Source: a virus (lineage: Duplodnaviria > Heunggongvirae > Uroviricota > Caudoviricetes). From it: 46,471 nucleotides of DNA. Each line of letters starts with the position of its first letter. Positions within the stretch are counted from its first letter, which is position 1. The translations under genes were made by a program, and so were the position numbers. The notes under the pieces are model-generated. The model ran no database searches, had not been told where the DNA came from, and saw only the letters and a program-made list of their open reading frames with translations. Below are positions 22,265 through 32,020 of this stretch, one piece after another. The DNA lies in IMG/VR virus record IMGVR_UViG_2606217103_000006; one strand, given 5' to 3'.

Positions 22265-24176
22265 TCACTCCTCCGGACAGCTTCGCTGCCAGTTCTTTAA
22301 GGGTTGGCCGGGTCGTCTCTTCTTCCCGGGATTTTGCCAGTACAGCCAGATCAAGCTGCCAGCGTTGCACGGACACACGTAATGCCGCGTAGGCATACAC
22401 CAGGCAGTCCAGCGCTTCGTTACGCCGCTTTTTGTTATCCCACAGCAGACGCATCTTTCCTTTTTCCCACTTCTCCACAAGCTCTTCCGCGACCAGTTGC
22501 TGCGCCTCTGTCTGCGAAAAAATCTCCGGATCATCAGGAAAACGGATGGCATACGACGTGGCTTCATCCGCAGGCGTGGGCTCGGCTTTCATACGGGCAT
22601 AGAGAATTTCTTTTGCGGTGTCCGTCCCCACTTCACACAGATAAACGCCCCGCTGATTGCGGGTTTTCGGCATGGTGATCACCGGCTTGCCATAGACAGA
22701 CGCGCCTTTTACCGGCAGCACACGGAAAACACCGTGTTTTTTTGACCTCTGGTAGACGATTTCACCATCGATCCCCCCGGTGTCCCAGCAGACACGGGAA
22801 ATGGTCATTTCGGTGCCATCCGCATGGCGGTATTTTTTGTTGATCGCCGCATCCACACGTAACAGCGTCTCTTCCTCATCGGGACGTCCCATAATGATGA
22901 TTTTATCCACCAGAAAGGCTTCCTCTCCCGGAGCCCATCCCCAGACATACATCTCAAAACGGTTTCGCTGCGAGTCAATGCCCGCCGTCAGATAAACCAC
23001 CCGGGCAGGCACCGCCGCCGTGTAATGAACAACCTTATCCATCAGTACCTGGTGATCGAGTTTTTCGCCCACGGCCTCTTCCCAGGTCTCGCCCAGCGTG
23101 GTGTTCACAAAGGTTTTCAGGCCGTTGGGATCTTTCAGTGCATCCAGCCAGTCATAGACAATCTGTACCCAGGTGGTGAACGGACTGTACGCCGTCCAGA
23201 TATGGAATGTGATGGAGCGCGGCGGCGGAATTTCATTATCCGCGGCGCTGAAAAACGTCAGACCGTCGCGGGTCCACATCCCCGTGTTTTCGCAGATCCA
23301 CCGCCCGTTGCTCTGGTCAAGCTCAGACTGATGGATCACGCAGCCATGATGTTCACAGAGGTAGAAAACGCTTTCGGGGCTGTCCTTCTCCCATTTAAGG
23401 CCAAAAGGCGTGGACTCATCGCCAAATTTCAGATACTGCGCCTCCCCACAGTGCGGGCAGGGCACATAAAAACGCATGAAATGCGCCGACTCGTTGGCCG
23501 CTTTTTCGATCTGGCAGGAGCCTTTTATTTTAGGCGTCGAGCCGCGAATGGATTTTGGCCATACCGAGCCCTCAATACGCTTATCCCCCAGCAGGGTTGG
23601 CGAGCCCTCTTTTTCGACATCCGGCTCGAACGAGGAAAGTTCGTCATAGCAGACCACGTCCACGGATTTTTCACGGTAGTTTTTTGCTGCCGCACCACCC
23701 AGGCACCAGAAGCCCACCCCCGATGAAAAGCGTTTCAGCGTGAGAGTATTGTCACGATGTTTACGACCCAGCCACGGGGAAAGATCTTTCAGGCATGGCA
23801 CGTCCCGAATCGTCGCCTCCACGTGAGACTTCATAAAATCTTCAGCGGCAGAATCCGTGGGCTGAAAAAGCAGACTGTTTCGGGATTTATGCTCAATAAA
23901 ATACCCGGCGACTCCCAGCAACATCTTTGTATAGCCAACACGGGCAGATTTAATCAGATTAACAGTGCGGATCTGATCATTCCCCATACTGTTCATGATG
24001 GCGATCTGGAACGGCAGCGTTTTCCATTCGCCGTCACCGTATGAGGATTCTTTCGGCAGATAATAATACTGGTCAGCCCATTCAACTGCCGTCATCGGTA
24101 CAACCCTGACCAGAGGCTGCAGCGCAACCGAAACGGCGGCCACCATATTATTCAGTTGTTGCTCTGATATATTCAT
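22248..24176 (-). CDS. A: terminase large subunit A
   Basis: Start at internal ATG 24176 (MNISEQQ...); TAVEWAD, ATPase and nuclease regions lambda gpA-like. Confidence 0.9.
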   Translation of the reverse strand: MNISEQQLNNMVAAVSVALQPLVRVVPMTAVEWADQYYYLPKESSYGDGEWKTLPFQIAIMNSMGNDQIRTVNLIKSARVGYTKMLLGVAGYFIEHKSRNSLLFQPTDSAAEDFMKSHVEATIRDVPCLKDLSPWLGRKHRDNTLTLKRFSSGVGFWCLGGAAAKNYREKSVDVVCYDELSSFEPDVEKEGSPTLLGDKRIEGSVWPKSIRGSTPKIKGSCQIEKAANESAHFMRFYVPCPHCGEAQYLKFGDESTPFGLKWEKDSPESVFYLCEHHGCVIHQSELDQSNGRWICENTGMWTRDGLTFFSAADNEIPPPRSITFHIWTAYSPFTTWVQIVYDWLDALKDPNGLKTFVNTTLGETWEEAVGEKLDHQVLMDKVVHYTAAVPARVVYLTAGIDSQRNRFEMYVWGWAPGEEAFLVDKIIIMGRPDEEETLLRVDAAINKKYRHADGTEMTISRVCWDTGGIDGEIVYQRSKKHGVFRVLPVKGASVYGKPVITMPKTRNQRGVYLCEVGTDTAKEILYARMKAEPTPADEATSYAIRFPDDPEIFSQTEAQQLVAEELVEKWEKGKMRLLWDNKKRRNEALDCLVYAYAALRVSVQRWQLDLAVLAKSREEETTRPTLKELAAKLSGGVNGYSR

Positions 24177-24654
24177 CCAGCAAATCCGGTAATTTATCCC
24201 CTGCCCGCGCACACTGATTTGCGCCCTTTGCAATAAGGGTTTTCAGATGGTCAATATGACGTGGCGTTAAATCCGGGAACTGTCGCTGCATGGATAACGG
24301 AATGGAATCAAGCGTACTGGACAATGCCATCGCCAGTTTGCTGAGGGCGAAAACGCAGAAGTCTGAATCGATGAGCTTACCTTCGGTTACCTGATTTTTA
24401 AGTTTTTGAGCTACAGCCTGTTCTTCTGTCAGTTCAGCTCTGGCCCGAAGCAGCCTTTCCTCCAGTTCTCCCCCGTCATCAGGTGTTCTCTGATTGTGTT
24501 GTCGCCGCTCGCGATCTATCTCCAGTACAGTTTTAACGTCATATAAAACTTCCCTCCCCCGACGTTCAACAGGAGGAACGCCCCATTTATCAAATGCCTG
24601 AACAGAGATACCGATGGAGGAGGCCATATCACTTTTATTCAATAAAAAGGCCAT
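24148..24654 (-). CDS. nu1: terminase small subunit Nu1
   Basis: Start chosen at ATG 24654 (MAFLLNKSDMASSIG..., SD GGAGAGGAG); overlaps A as in lambda. Confidence 0.8.
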   Translation of the reverse strand: MAFLLNKSDMASSIGISVQAFDKWGVPPVERRGREVLYDVKTVLEIDRERRQHNQRTPDDGGELEERLLRARAELTEEQAVAQKLKNQVTEGKLIDSDFCVFALSKLAMALSSTLDSIPLSMQRQFPDLTPRHIDHLKTLIAKGANQCARAGDKLPDLLDEYIRATTE

Positions 24655-24870
24655 CTCCTCTCCATAAGTCATCGATAAAAAGCGAAACAACAACCATGTG
24701 TTTTTGCAAAACCATTTGATATCATTGACATTTTTCGCATTGACGACATCAAAACACATCGTAAGGTTGTTGTATTTATTTTATTTTCACCTTACTTATC
24801 AATTAGATATACCAAACAATTAAACAACAACCACCCCCTCAAAAAATCTCATAAATAGTGAAAACGCGCG

Positions 24871-24882
24871 AGGTCGCCGCCC
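24871..24882 (-). other. cos site: cosN 12-nt cohesive end (GGGCGGCGACCT on minus strand), cosB towards Nu1, cosQ-like sequence to the right
   Basis: Plus strand aggtcgccgccc followed by cgtaacgatctggatcaccggaaaggaccc, matching remembered lambda left/right ends. Confidence 0.85.
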
Positions 24883-25105
24883 CGTAACGATCTGGATCAC
24901 CGGAAAGGACCCGCCAACGACTTTCGCGTGCAGGCATTAAAAATTTTGCAGTTCCATGCCTAGTTGAAACCTCGATTTCTATAACATCCAATTTTGTAAA
25001 TTTAGATATAGCTCAACTTTTCCCAATGTTTTCAAGTGTATAAAAACAATTGGCGTTACGCCATAACACTATACTTAGGATAAGTAAAGATTTTAAGGAG
25101 TTTTA

Positions 25106-26173
25106 ATGAGTCAACATCAATATTATCCACAGCTGAAATGGAAGCCTGCTGAATATGAATCTCTGATGCTTTTAGATCAAACTACGCTCTCTGGTTTTAC
25201 TCCGATCATTACCATTCCAGACATAGACTGGGATTATGAAAACGAATGCTACAAGAAGAGTTTGAGTTCTTACTTATCTGACTTCGGTATTAACCTTGCG
25301 GCATCCTGGAAAGCCAATCGTCCTGTTTTGCTGGATGTTAAATATTTAGATAAACATGGTTCGAGCCGCCATCATCCTCTAGATATGTGTATCCAAGATG
25401 CTAGAGTAAATGGTAAGGAAATTATCCCTGTTGTTTCTCCCGCATATTCAACAAACTATATACATGCTGTTCAACGCAACTTAATCAATGGGCTCGCTAT
25501 ATCTATCACCCCCCAGACATGGCACCAATTCACAAGTCTGGTTAACCACTTAAATATTCATCCTAGTTTAATTGATGTAATCATTGATTTTGGAGATATT
25601 CAAAACGCAACTGATAGTTTAAAACAACAAGCATTAAGCATGGTCAACACATTATCAGGCCAAGCTCCGTGGAGAAACTTGATTTTATCTTCAACCGCAT
25701 ACCCGGCATCACAGGCAGGGATACCGCAACATCAAGTTCATCATATTCCGCGCCATGAATACGATCTTTGGATGTACGTAGTACAGAATTTTAGCAATGG
25801 AAGAACGCCAAGTTTTAGTGATTATCCCACCGCTAGCTCTACCATTACGAGCGTAGACCCACGCTTCATGTCTCAGTATGTCTCAGTGAGATATTCGAAC
25901 GATACCTCATGGATCTTTGTAAAAGGTACCGCAGTTAAAGGAAATGGATGGGGCCAAACTAAAAACTTATGTACTACCCTTGTTAGTTCGCCAGAGTATC
26001 AAGTCTTTGGCTCCAAATTTAGTTGGGGGGATGATTACATTTACCAAAGATCATTAGGCGCTAACAAATCTGGCGGCTCTAAAGAATGGCGTAAAGTTGC
26101 ACATACGCACCATATTACGTTAGTCGTGAGACAGCTTTATTGGTTGGCGCAGACTCAGCCTGCCAAGCCTTAA
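25106..26173 (+). CDS. uncharacterised 355-aa protein, cargo cassette gene 1
   Basis: Strong SD AAGGAG 7 nt upstream; AT-rich; no catalytic motif recognised. Confidence 0.7.
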   Translation: MSQHQYYPQLKWKPAEYESLMLLDQTTLSGFTPIITIPDIDWDYENECYKKSLSSYLSDFGINLAASWKANRPVLLDVKYLDKHGSSRHHPLDMCIQDARVNGKEIIPVVSPAYSTNYIHAVQRNLINGLAISITPQTWHQFTSLVNHLNIHPSLIDVIIDFGDIQNATDSLKQQALSMVNTLSGQAPWRNLILSSTAYPASQAGIPQHQVHHIPRHEYDLWMYVVQNFSNGRTPSFSDYPTASSTITSVDPRFMSQYVSVRYSNDTSWIFVKGTAVKGNGWGQTKNLCTTLVSSPEYQVFGSKFSWGDDYIYQRSLGANKSGGSKEWRKVAHTHHITLVVRQLYWLAQTQPAKP

Positions 26174-26735
26174 CTTTCCAGCCTACGCGTTTCTTTAAGG
26201 CTGTTCTGACTTCAGGCCTGAGATTCGCTATTGGAATATTTTCCGCAATAATATTCCATAACTCAAATCGGGGCTTGCTTTTGATTCCTTTGGAATAGCC
26301 CCATCGTTCAAGTACGTCGATACATTCATCTTTCCAAAGCAATTGAGCGAGCATCAATGTGTCATGGTTTCGATTAAGCTTTTCTCCACGCATGTGCTTT
26401 ATAAGAATGGCGCCTTTTGGCCCAACAGAAACCGTTTTAACGCCCCACCAACCTGGGATTAACTTTAATGCTCCCTCAAGGTGTTTCTCAGCTACGACAA
26501 GAGTAACCTTGTCCATTACAGAAGAATAATGCTTGATTTGAAGAGGCAAACGCTCCAAAGAGTCATATTCACTTTTGAGCTCGTACCCGTGTATAACACC
26601 ATTTATTACAGCAATGTCTGCTCTACTGGCGCCAAGGGATATGGAAAATTCATCGACCACAAGGCAGTCTGGATCTAAATGCGATTCTTTCAAAAGCTTA
26701 TGATGCACCGCGAACCTAACATCTTGATCTTTCAT
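26115..26735 (-). CDS. uncharacterised 206-aa protein with PD-(D/E)xK nuclease-like motif, cargo cassette gene 2
   Basis: RADIAV...GYELKSE arrangement (D ... E-x-K); SD TAAGGAG; 3' end overlaps gene 1 by 59 bp (convergent). Confidence 0.7.
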   Translation of the reverse strand: MKDQDVRFAVHHKLLKESHLDPDCLVVDEFSISLGASRADIAVINGVIHGYELKSEYDSLERLPLQIKHYSSVMDKVTLVVAEKHLEGALKLIPGWWGVKTVSVGPKGAILIKHMRGEKLNRNHDTLMLAQLLWKDECIDVLERWGYSKGIKSKPRFELWNIIAENIPIANLRPEVRTALKKRVGWKVKAWQAESAPTNKAVSRLT

Positions 26736-26764
26736 GACTTCTCCTTACTCCCTCCGTTATTGAA

Positions 26765-26792
26765 TTATAGCGCACTGCATTTTACTGCATTT
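26765..26792 (-). promoter_or_regulatory. putative promoter of cassette gene 2: perfect -10 TATAAT plus tandem AAATGCAGT repeats
   Basis: Minus strand aaatgcagtaaaatgcagtgcgcTATAATtcaataacggagggagtaaggagaaATG. Confidence 0.4.
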
Positions 26793-27085
26793 GAGAGATT
26801 TGACCACTTCAATCACAAAATGCTTATCTGCAGCAACAAGATTCATAGCCATACGACTATGGTGATTACCTTTTGTCTGGAAAACTGACCATTCCACGAA
26901 GATCAGATAGGTCTATAGAATCTTGGTTTGTCATAGCGTTCGTCTTACTTTGAGATGAACCTTTGCTGCATAGGAGATCAGCCCGTCAAGGCTCACCAGC
27001 ACTAACTGACTACTCAAAGGCTCATTCCAAAGGGTTTGGTTCGACGTGGTTGAGTGCGCTGCGGTGCGCGGTGAAATACCTGTAC

Positions 27086-27114
27086 AAAAATGCCCCGCAT
27101 CTGCGAGGCATTTT
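27086..27114 (-). terminator. intrinsic terminator downstream of Rz
   Basis: AAAATGCC-loop-GGCATTTT hairpin with T-run on minus strand. Confidence 0.6.
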
Positions 27115-27151
27115 CCTGAAAGTCACGTATTAAATTTCAGTGAAATTAAAA

Positions 27152-27625
27152 TTATTTTAAGCACTGCGTCCTGATGTACTCCTGCAGGTAGTTGACCTGA
27201 GCGGTTATCTTGTCGATTCCACTTCGGAGACGGTAATAATTGAGTTCAGCATCTGCTGTAAGTCTTGGGCTTTCTCCATCGCCCATGCTGCTGGCTCCGG
27301 TCGTTGACTTTGCACAGGTGGCGGCGACTTGCAGGCGCTTACGCCCAGCAGAAACATCAGCACGAAGACTTTCGATAGTCGCGTTAGCATCAGCAAGCTC
27401 CTTTGTGTATCTGGCGTCGAGTTCTGCTACATCACGCTGACGCATCTGCATGTCAGTAATTGCCACGTTCGCCAGCTTCAGTTCTCTGGCATTTTTGTCG
27501 CGCTGGGCTTTGTAGGTAATGGCGTTATCGCGGTAATGATTAACAGCCCATGACAGGCAGACGATGGTGCAGATAACCAGAGTATAAATAATCGCTGCGA
27601 CTCTGCTCACTGATCTATCCCCCAA
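27152..27625 (-). CDS. rz: i-spanin Rz
   Basis: 157 aa; N-terminal TM, coiled coil; overlaps endolysin end. Confidence 0.85.
   Translation of the reverse strand: MGDRSVSRVAAIIYTLVICTIVCLSWAVNHYRDNAITYKAQRDKNARELKLANVAITDMQMRQRDVAELDARYTKELADANATIESLRADVSAGRKRLQVAATCAKSTTGASSMGDGESPRLTADAELNYYRLRSGIDKITAQVNYLQEYIRTQCLK
27205..27396 (-). CDS. rz1: o-spanin Rz1 (lipoprotein embedded in Rz, +1 frame)
   Basis: Lipobox LLGVSAC, proline-rich mature region. Confidence 0.8.
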   Translation of the reverse strand: MLMLTRLSKVFVLMFLLGVSACKSPPPVQSQRPEPAAWAMEKAQDLQQMLNSIITVSEVESTR

Positions 27626-28140
27626 CAGGCTAATGCGCTTTCCTGGTCACGACGAATAACCTGTCCATAGCAGTTATTTGAACGTATGCGGCAATCGCGC
27701 CCACCATCTTTTATCCACCAGCGAATCGCCTCGCATGCGCCCTTACGATCACCGGCATTCAGCCGCTTATAAAACGTCGACGGGAAACACTTACCGGGGC
27801 CAATGTTATAGGGACAGAATGACGCTATACCCGCTTTCTGTGGTTCGGTCAGTGGTACTTTAATATTGCGCTCCACCCATGCCAGCGCCTTATCACGTTC
27901 AATAGCGTTAACCTGGTCGCATTTTTCCTTCGACAGCTTCATTCCCGGTATGACGGGCTTACCATCCACCATTGTGGCACCACGACAGATGGTCCATATA
28001 CCGGAACCATCGCGGTATGCCGTAGTGTGGTTACCCTCTTTTTCATCCAGAAACTGGTCAAGTATTTGAGGAGCAGACGCGCCTGCAGCAATCAGCGCCA
28101 GAACAGCAGCTGACAGGCCGTATTTGATTTTTGCGCTCAT
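27607..28140 (-). CDS. R: SAR endolysin (GH24 lysozyme-like)
   Basis: E-x8-D-x5-T catalytic arrangement ([16 protein letters not shown]); Gly/Ala-rich N-terminal signal-anchor-release segment. Confidence 0.85.
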   Translation of the reverse strand: MSAKIKYGLSAAVLALIAAGASAPQILDQFLDEKEGNHTTAYRDGSGIWTICRGATMVDGKPVIPGMKLSKEKCDQVNAIERDKALAWVERNIKVPLTEPQKAGIASFCPYNIGPGKCFPSTFYKRLNAGDRKGACEAIRWWIKDGGRDCRIRSNNCYGQVIRRDQESALACWGIDQ

Positions 28141-28195
28141 GGATATTTATCAGGATGCTACCAATGAAAGATACTGGAAAGCCAACTGCAAAAAG

Positions 28196-28510
28196 CTAAC
28201 AACCCGTAATCGAGTTATCAGAACTGTTAATTTTTATGGTATACCGCGCCTCTGAACAGGGGCGCGTTTCTGGCAACAGCTCGTCCCCTTCACATAACCC
28301 GGCAGCAACATCCATGAAGACCTGTCTGATGCTCCTTCTGGCTGCTGCCTCATAAAACTCCAGCGCGGCACCTTCAACACGGTCCAGCGAGATGTCCAGG
28401 TCAAAAATTTCACCGTCAAAGCGTTTTTTGTCCCGTAACGCTAAAGTTACCGTAACTTTATTCTCAAAATTGCGGATCCCTTTCACAATCAGTTCATAGT
28501 TTTGAGTCAT
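28196..28510 (-). CDS. small protein between holin and endolysin (possibly DUF1327/YdfR-like)
   Basis: 104 aa; position equals ydfR of Qin prophage; family name from memory only. Confidence 0.5.
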   Translation of the reverse strand: MTQNYELIVKGIRNFENKVTVTLALRDKKRFDGEIFDLDISLDRVEGAALEFYEAAARRSIRQVFMDVAAGLCEGDELLPETRPCSEARYTIKINSSDNSITGC

Positions 28511-28514
28511 TGAA

Positions 28515-28730
28515 TTACTCTCCCCGTGCCGCCTTACGACGGTCCTCTCTGATTTTGAAATACAGGTTAGTCAGATATGTCAGCAGCCCAAACAGCAGAC
28601 TCCCCAGCACGCCTATTGCCGCCCACTGAGACGGGGAAACCCTGTCCAGCAACTGCAGGAACCAGTAGCCCGTTCCCACCGCTGACGTGGTGTATGACAC
28701 ACCTGTTGTGATTTTTTCCATCTGGTACAT
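28515..28730 (-). CDS. S: pinholin (S21-type holin/antiholin with dual start M-YQ-M)
   Basis: 71 aa; C-terminus ...[32 protein letters not shown] matches remembered phage 21 S; track ORF has spurious N-terminal extension. Confidence 0.85.
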   Translation of the reverse strand: MYQMEKITTGVSYTTSAVGTGYWFLQLLDRVSPSQWAAIGVLGSLLFGLLTYLTNLYFKIREDRRKAARGE

Positions 28731-28880
28731 ACCCCGTCTCCCGTTATCCGGAAGCTGACAACAATAAAAAAAGCCACCAGTTAAGTACTGATGGCTCTGA
28801 TAACTCATGCAGGCATCTCAGACGACCCACTGACACTACCGGTGAGTTTAACGATACCTTCCATTTGACTGGCTCACTTT

Positions 28881-30749
28881 TTATGATGATGCTGGTGCAT
28901 TTATCTCCAGCACCAGACTTTCTATCTCAACGCCATACGCTGCATTTTTTGTAACATCCGTCAGCGTCAGCGCATTCAGCCCCAGTGTCAGACTGTCTTT
29001 TATGACCTGGAATGCCGGGCCAGCCACTCCATTCAGTTTCGGAGTAACCGTGGCACTGCCGGCGGTGAACACCAGCTCCAGCGTCTGCCAGTCGTTACCG
29101 TAATCGCCGAACTCCCCCAGCTTCGTGTTTCCGGCTTTCCTGTGATGCATCAGATTCACTCTGCCGTCAATGGTCTGAGTGAAGTAAGACATCAGGAACG
29201 GATTACCAGTACCCGTCATCGCCACATCATCAGGAACGGGAGCGTCCGTATACAGATAAATCCCCAGCCCGAACTGATTGTTGGTCAGTGCGCCTGAGAG
29301 GCGGAACTTACAGGTCAGTCTGCCGCCCTGTGTCAGCAGGGTAATTGCGTCATCCACCGGATGCATCAGGTACCAGGTTTTATTGCTCTGCTTGGTGATC
29401 TTAAATACACCCTCTGACAACTGAATTCCGCCATTCTTAATGCTCCAGCCCTGCGCAGCAGCATCTCCGGCTGTCGGCAACAGGGAGATTGTGCGTACGG
29501 ATGCATCTTCAGACGGCCCCGATGGCGTGTCGCCGCCGGGCGAGGGTTTGATTTCCGGTGCCTTACCACTAATGAAGGCTAAGGTGCGACCGGCTACGTT
29601 CAGAATAGCAGTTGCCATACGATCGGGAATAATGCCACGACGCGCCCATGAGCTGAAATGCGTCGGGCGATTTGATGATACCCAGTTTTTGTTCGTTCGG
29701 GATGCCGAACCGTAATAACCAGACCCGACAATATCAGGATCTTCTGACGGGTTGTTTGTCGGTGTATTAACTCCGCTACCATCGGTCATAAAGGGAACAA
29801 AATAAATCTGCTGGGATTCTTTACCTTTATATGCACCATATACCACTTCATATTGCGTACCGTGTTCTTGTTTCCACGCGTATGTCGTGTCGCCACAAAT
29901 CCAGGGGACTGATGCCGGACTTCCACCGTGACACTGCGCCGCCAGCCCGGCAAGGTCAGCACGGAACTGCTGTACCATTGCAAGAAATGCTGCTGGCTGC
30001 TGGGCGTAACTGGCATTCGTCATATCGAATTCCCCCTGCATCCAGCATATCGCCAGCAAAACGTTTTTCGGGTTTTTCTGCAATGCTGCCTTCGTGCGGA
30101 AAAGCAGATCCTGATATAACGGCTTACCCACTCCCCAGCGAGCCGAATCCTGACTGGCCCCCGTGGACTCGCTGAATGTCCCCTCCGTGCCCTTGGTGAA
30201 TGCCGAACCACCACGACAGCATGGTACCAGCAGGATCCCCGCATTATTAGGGATATACGGAAGCAGTTTTTTGGCAATATGTAAGCCCTGTCCGACACAA
30301 CCGTACTGCCCTTTGCTCAGGTCAGCCCGGGGATGGTTAATCGTACTCATATCCTGAACATCATGCAGACAATGGTCAGCAGGAATGATGTCGTTAAATA
30401 CGCATACTTCGCCACCGGGAGTCACTGTGTTACGACGGGCCAGTTGCTTAATGCGCGGATGGGGCGCATCGTATGAATCCGGAAGCGGAAGCCCTTCACC
30501 GTAAGCCATGGCATTGGACTGCCCGGCCAGTACGATGACGTAGTACCACTCCGGCTCAGTTGCACCACTGACGACCACATCACCTTCTGCTGCAATCGCC
30601 TGCATCAGGGTATAAGGGGTTATGGCCACCGGACTACCAAACGGCTGCCAGCCCTCTTTCAGTTTATGTGTCAGCTTTTCCGCAAGATCTGACGGCGACG
30701 CCGCCCTGACAACATCATAGTGTTTAAATGCCATGGTTCTTTCCACCAT
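28881..30749 (-). CDS. NanS-p-like sialate O-acetylesterase (DUF1737 N-terminus + GQSN esterase domain)
   Basis: 622 aa; LAGQSNAMAYGEG motif; same position as the esterase gene downstream of stx in Stx phages. Confidence 0.8.
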   Translation of the reverse strand: MVERTMAFKHYDVVRAASPSDLAEKLTHKLKEGWQPFGSPVAITPYTLMQAIAAEGDVVVSGATEPEWYYVIVLAGQSNAMAYGEGLPLPDSYDAPHPRIKQLARRNTVTPGGEVCVFNDIIPADHCLHDVQDMSTINHPRADLSKGQYGCVGQGLHIAKKLLPYIPNNAGILLVPCCRGGSAFTKGTEGTFSESTGASQDSARWGVGKPLYQDLLFRTKAALQKNPKNVLLAICWMQGEFDMTNASYAQQPAAFLAMVQQFRADLAGLAAQCHGGSPASVPWICGDTTYAWKQEHGTQYEVVYGAYKGKESQQIYFVPFMTDGSGVNTPTNNPSEDPDIVGSGYYGSASRTNKNWVSSNRPTHFSSWARRGIIPDRMATAILNVAGRTLAFISGKAPEIKPSPGGDTPSGPSEDASVRTISLLPTAGDAAAQGWSIKNGGIQLSEGVFKITKQSNKTWYLMHPVDDAITLLTQGGRLTCKFRLSGALTNNQFGLGIYLYTDAPVPDDVAMTGTGNPFLMSYFTQTIDGRVNLMHHRKAGNTKLGEFGDYGNDWQTLELVFTAGSATVTPKLNGVAGPAFQVIKDSLTLGLNALTLTDVTKNAAYGVEIESLVLEINAPASS

Positions 30750-30994
30750 CTGAAAAATGATTCTTTAAAATACCTGACATGTAATACAGAAAAAAAACAA
30801 AACCATACCTTAAATAAAAACCTCATCATCAAGCAGATATGCATGGATAAACTACAAGACGAGATATAAACCACCCTGCATTTAAATAAACAATAAACAA
30901 CATCAGAAAAATAATTCTGCTCTATGGTTTACAATCAAAAATATCATTTATACTTTTCAGAACATCACCAGCAAGGCATAAACAAGGAAACTAA

Positions 30995-31330
30995 ATGAAG
31001 TGGATTGTGATTGATACAGTTATCCAGCCATCATGCGGAATATCTTTTTCAGTCATATGGAGTAAAATAAAATTAATAATCTGGTATCAATCGGATGCTT
31101 TCTTACCTCCTGAAAGTATATTTACACTGACTCACACAGGCATCATGCTCAATAACAAAGTGCTACCTGTAACCATTTACAACGTAGTGCCATTCAATAA
31201 AACATTCTGGAATTTAATCAAAAACAGCCAGGAATGCCCTACAAATACAGATAACGTATTGAATGAATGCTTTAATAACCGTTGCACTCTGCAAATATGT
31301 CCTTATGGACTAAAACAACAAAGTCCATAA
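30995..31330 (+). CDS. hypothetical Cys-rich small protein (111 aa), AT-rich cargo
   Basis: RBS AGGAAA 6 nt upstream; 6 Cys; opposite strand to late genes; no recognised family. Confidence 0.4.
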   Translation: MKWIVIDTVIQPSCGISFSVIWSKIKLIIWYQSDAFLPPESIFTLTHTGIMLNNKVLPVTIYNVVPFNKTFWNLIKNSQECPTNTDNVLNECFNNRCTLQICPYGLKQQSP

Positions 31331-31365
31331 GGAGTTTACTCACATCTGACAAAATCAATATAAAC

Positions 31366-31551
31366 AGCCCCTCCGGAGAGGGGCTGGAGAGTGGCGCTAT
31401 GTGCCATTGCATGGTGCCGGGTGCCTCCCGGTGAATTCAGTACCAGCACCTGAATCCGCGATTATCCCATATACCTACTCGCTGATTGCCCCTCCGCACA
31501 GGGGGATTCACCATGCGAAATTTTTTAACAAACTTCCCGCTGGCCAGACAA
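31366..31551 (-). repeat. repeat unit 1: candidate sRNA gene (promoter-like TTGTCT/TTAAAA, ~108-nt structured domain 31409-31516, terminator hairpin 31366-31385)
   Basis: Perfect 8-bp-stem hairpin AGCCCCTC-cgga-GAGGGGCT; domain closed by GCATGGTG/CACCATGC; internal hairpins conserved with unit 2. Confidence 0.55.
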
Positions 31552-31828
31552 TAATCGCCAGCCTGAATTATGAGCAACGTAGCATTTTACGGGAAAACTG
31601 TTTTCTGCAGTAAAAAGGCCCGCCGGAGCGAGCCTGGAAGGATAGCGGTCATGTGATGCCGGTTTCCCGGTAACTCAGCATCGGTATCTGAGTCAACGTT
31701 TTCTCTACTGGGTCATTTCCGATACGTTCCGCCTTCCGGCAGACTTTCATCACGTCAGAAAATATAGCACCCTGAGTAACAGGACAGTACTCAGAATTCA
31801 GGAAACTGTGACACATCCTGCACAGAAA

Positions 31829-32020
31829 AGCCCCTCCGGAGAGGGGCTGAAGTATAGCCTAATTTCTGTCTGTCGCATGGTGCCAGGTGCCTCCCGGTAA
31901 ATTCAGCCTGTCTACTGAATTTGCATGTTCTCTGGATCATACACTTTGCCAGATGCCCCGCCGCTGAGGGGGATTCACCATGCGATGTAATTTTTAACAA
32001 ATTCTCCGGCAGCCAGACAA
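31829..32020 (-). repeat. repeat unit 2: second copy of candidate sRNA gene (domain 31875-31983, terminator hairpin 31829-31848 followed by TTTTCTGT on minus strand)
   Basis: Same stems as unit 1 with different linker/loop sequences. Confidence 0.55.

Noticed and set aside
28731-28808. N-terminal extension of the holin ORF (97-aa version)
   Set aside because: The recognisable pinholin begins at the M-YQ-M dual start at 28730; the extension has no support.
31401-31613. 70-aa plus-strand ORF over repeat unit 1 and 89-aa minus-strand ORF (31791-32060) over unit 2
   Set aside because: They lie on opposite strands and in unrelated frames of two copies of the same element, so the repeats are not protein-coding.
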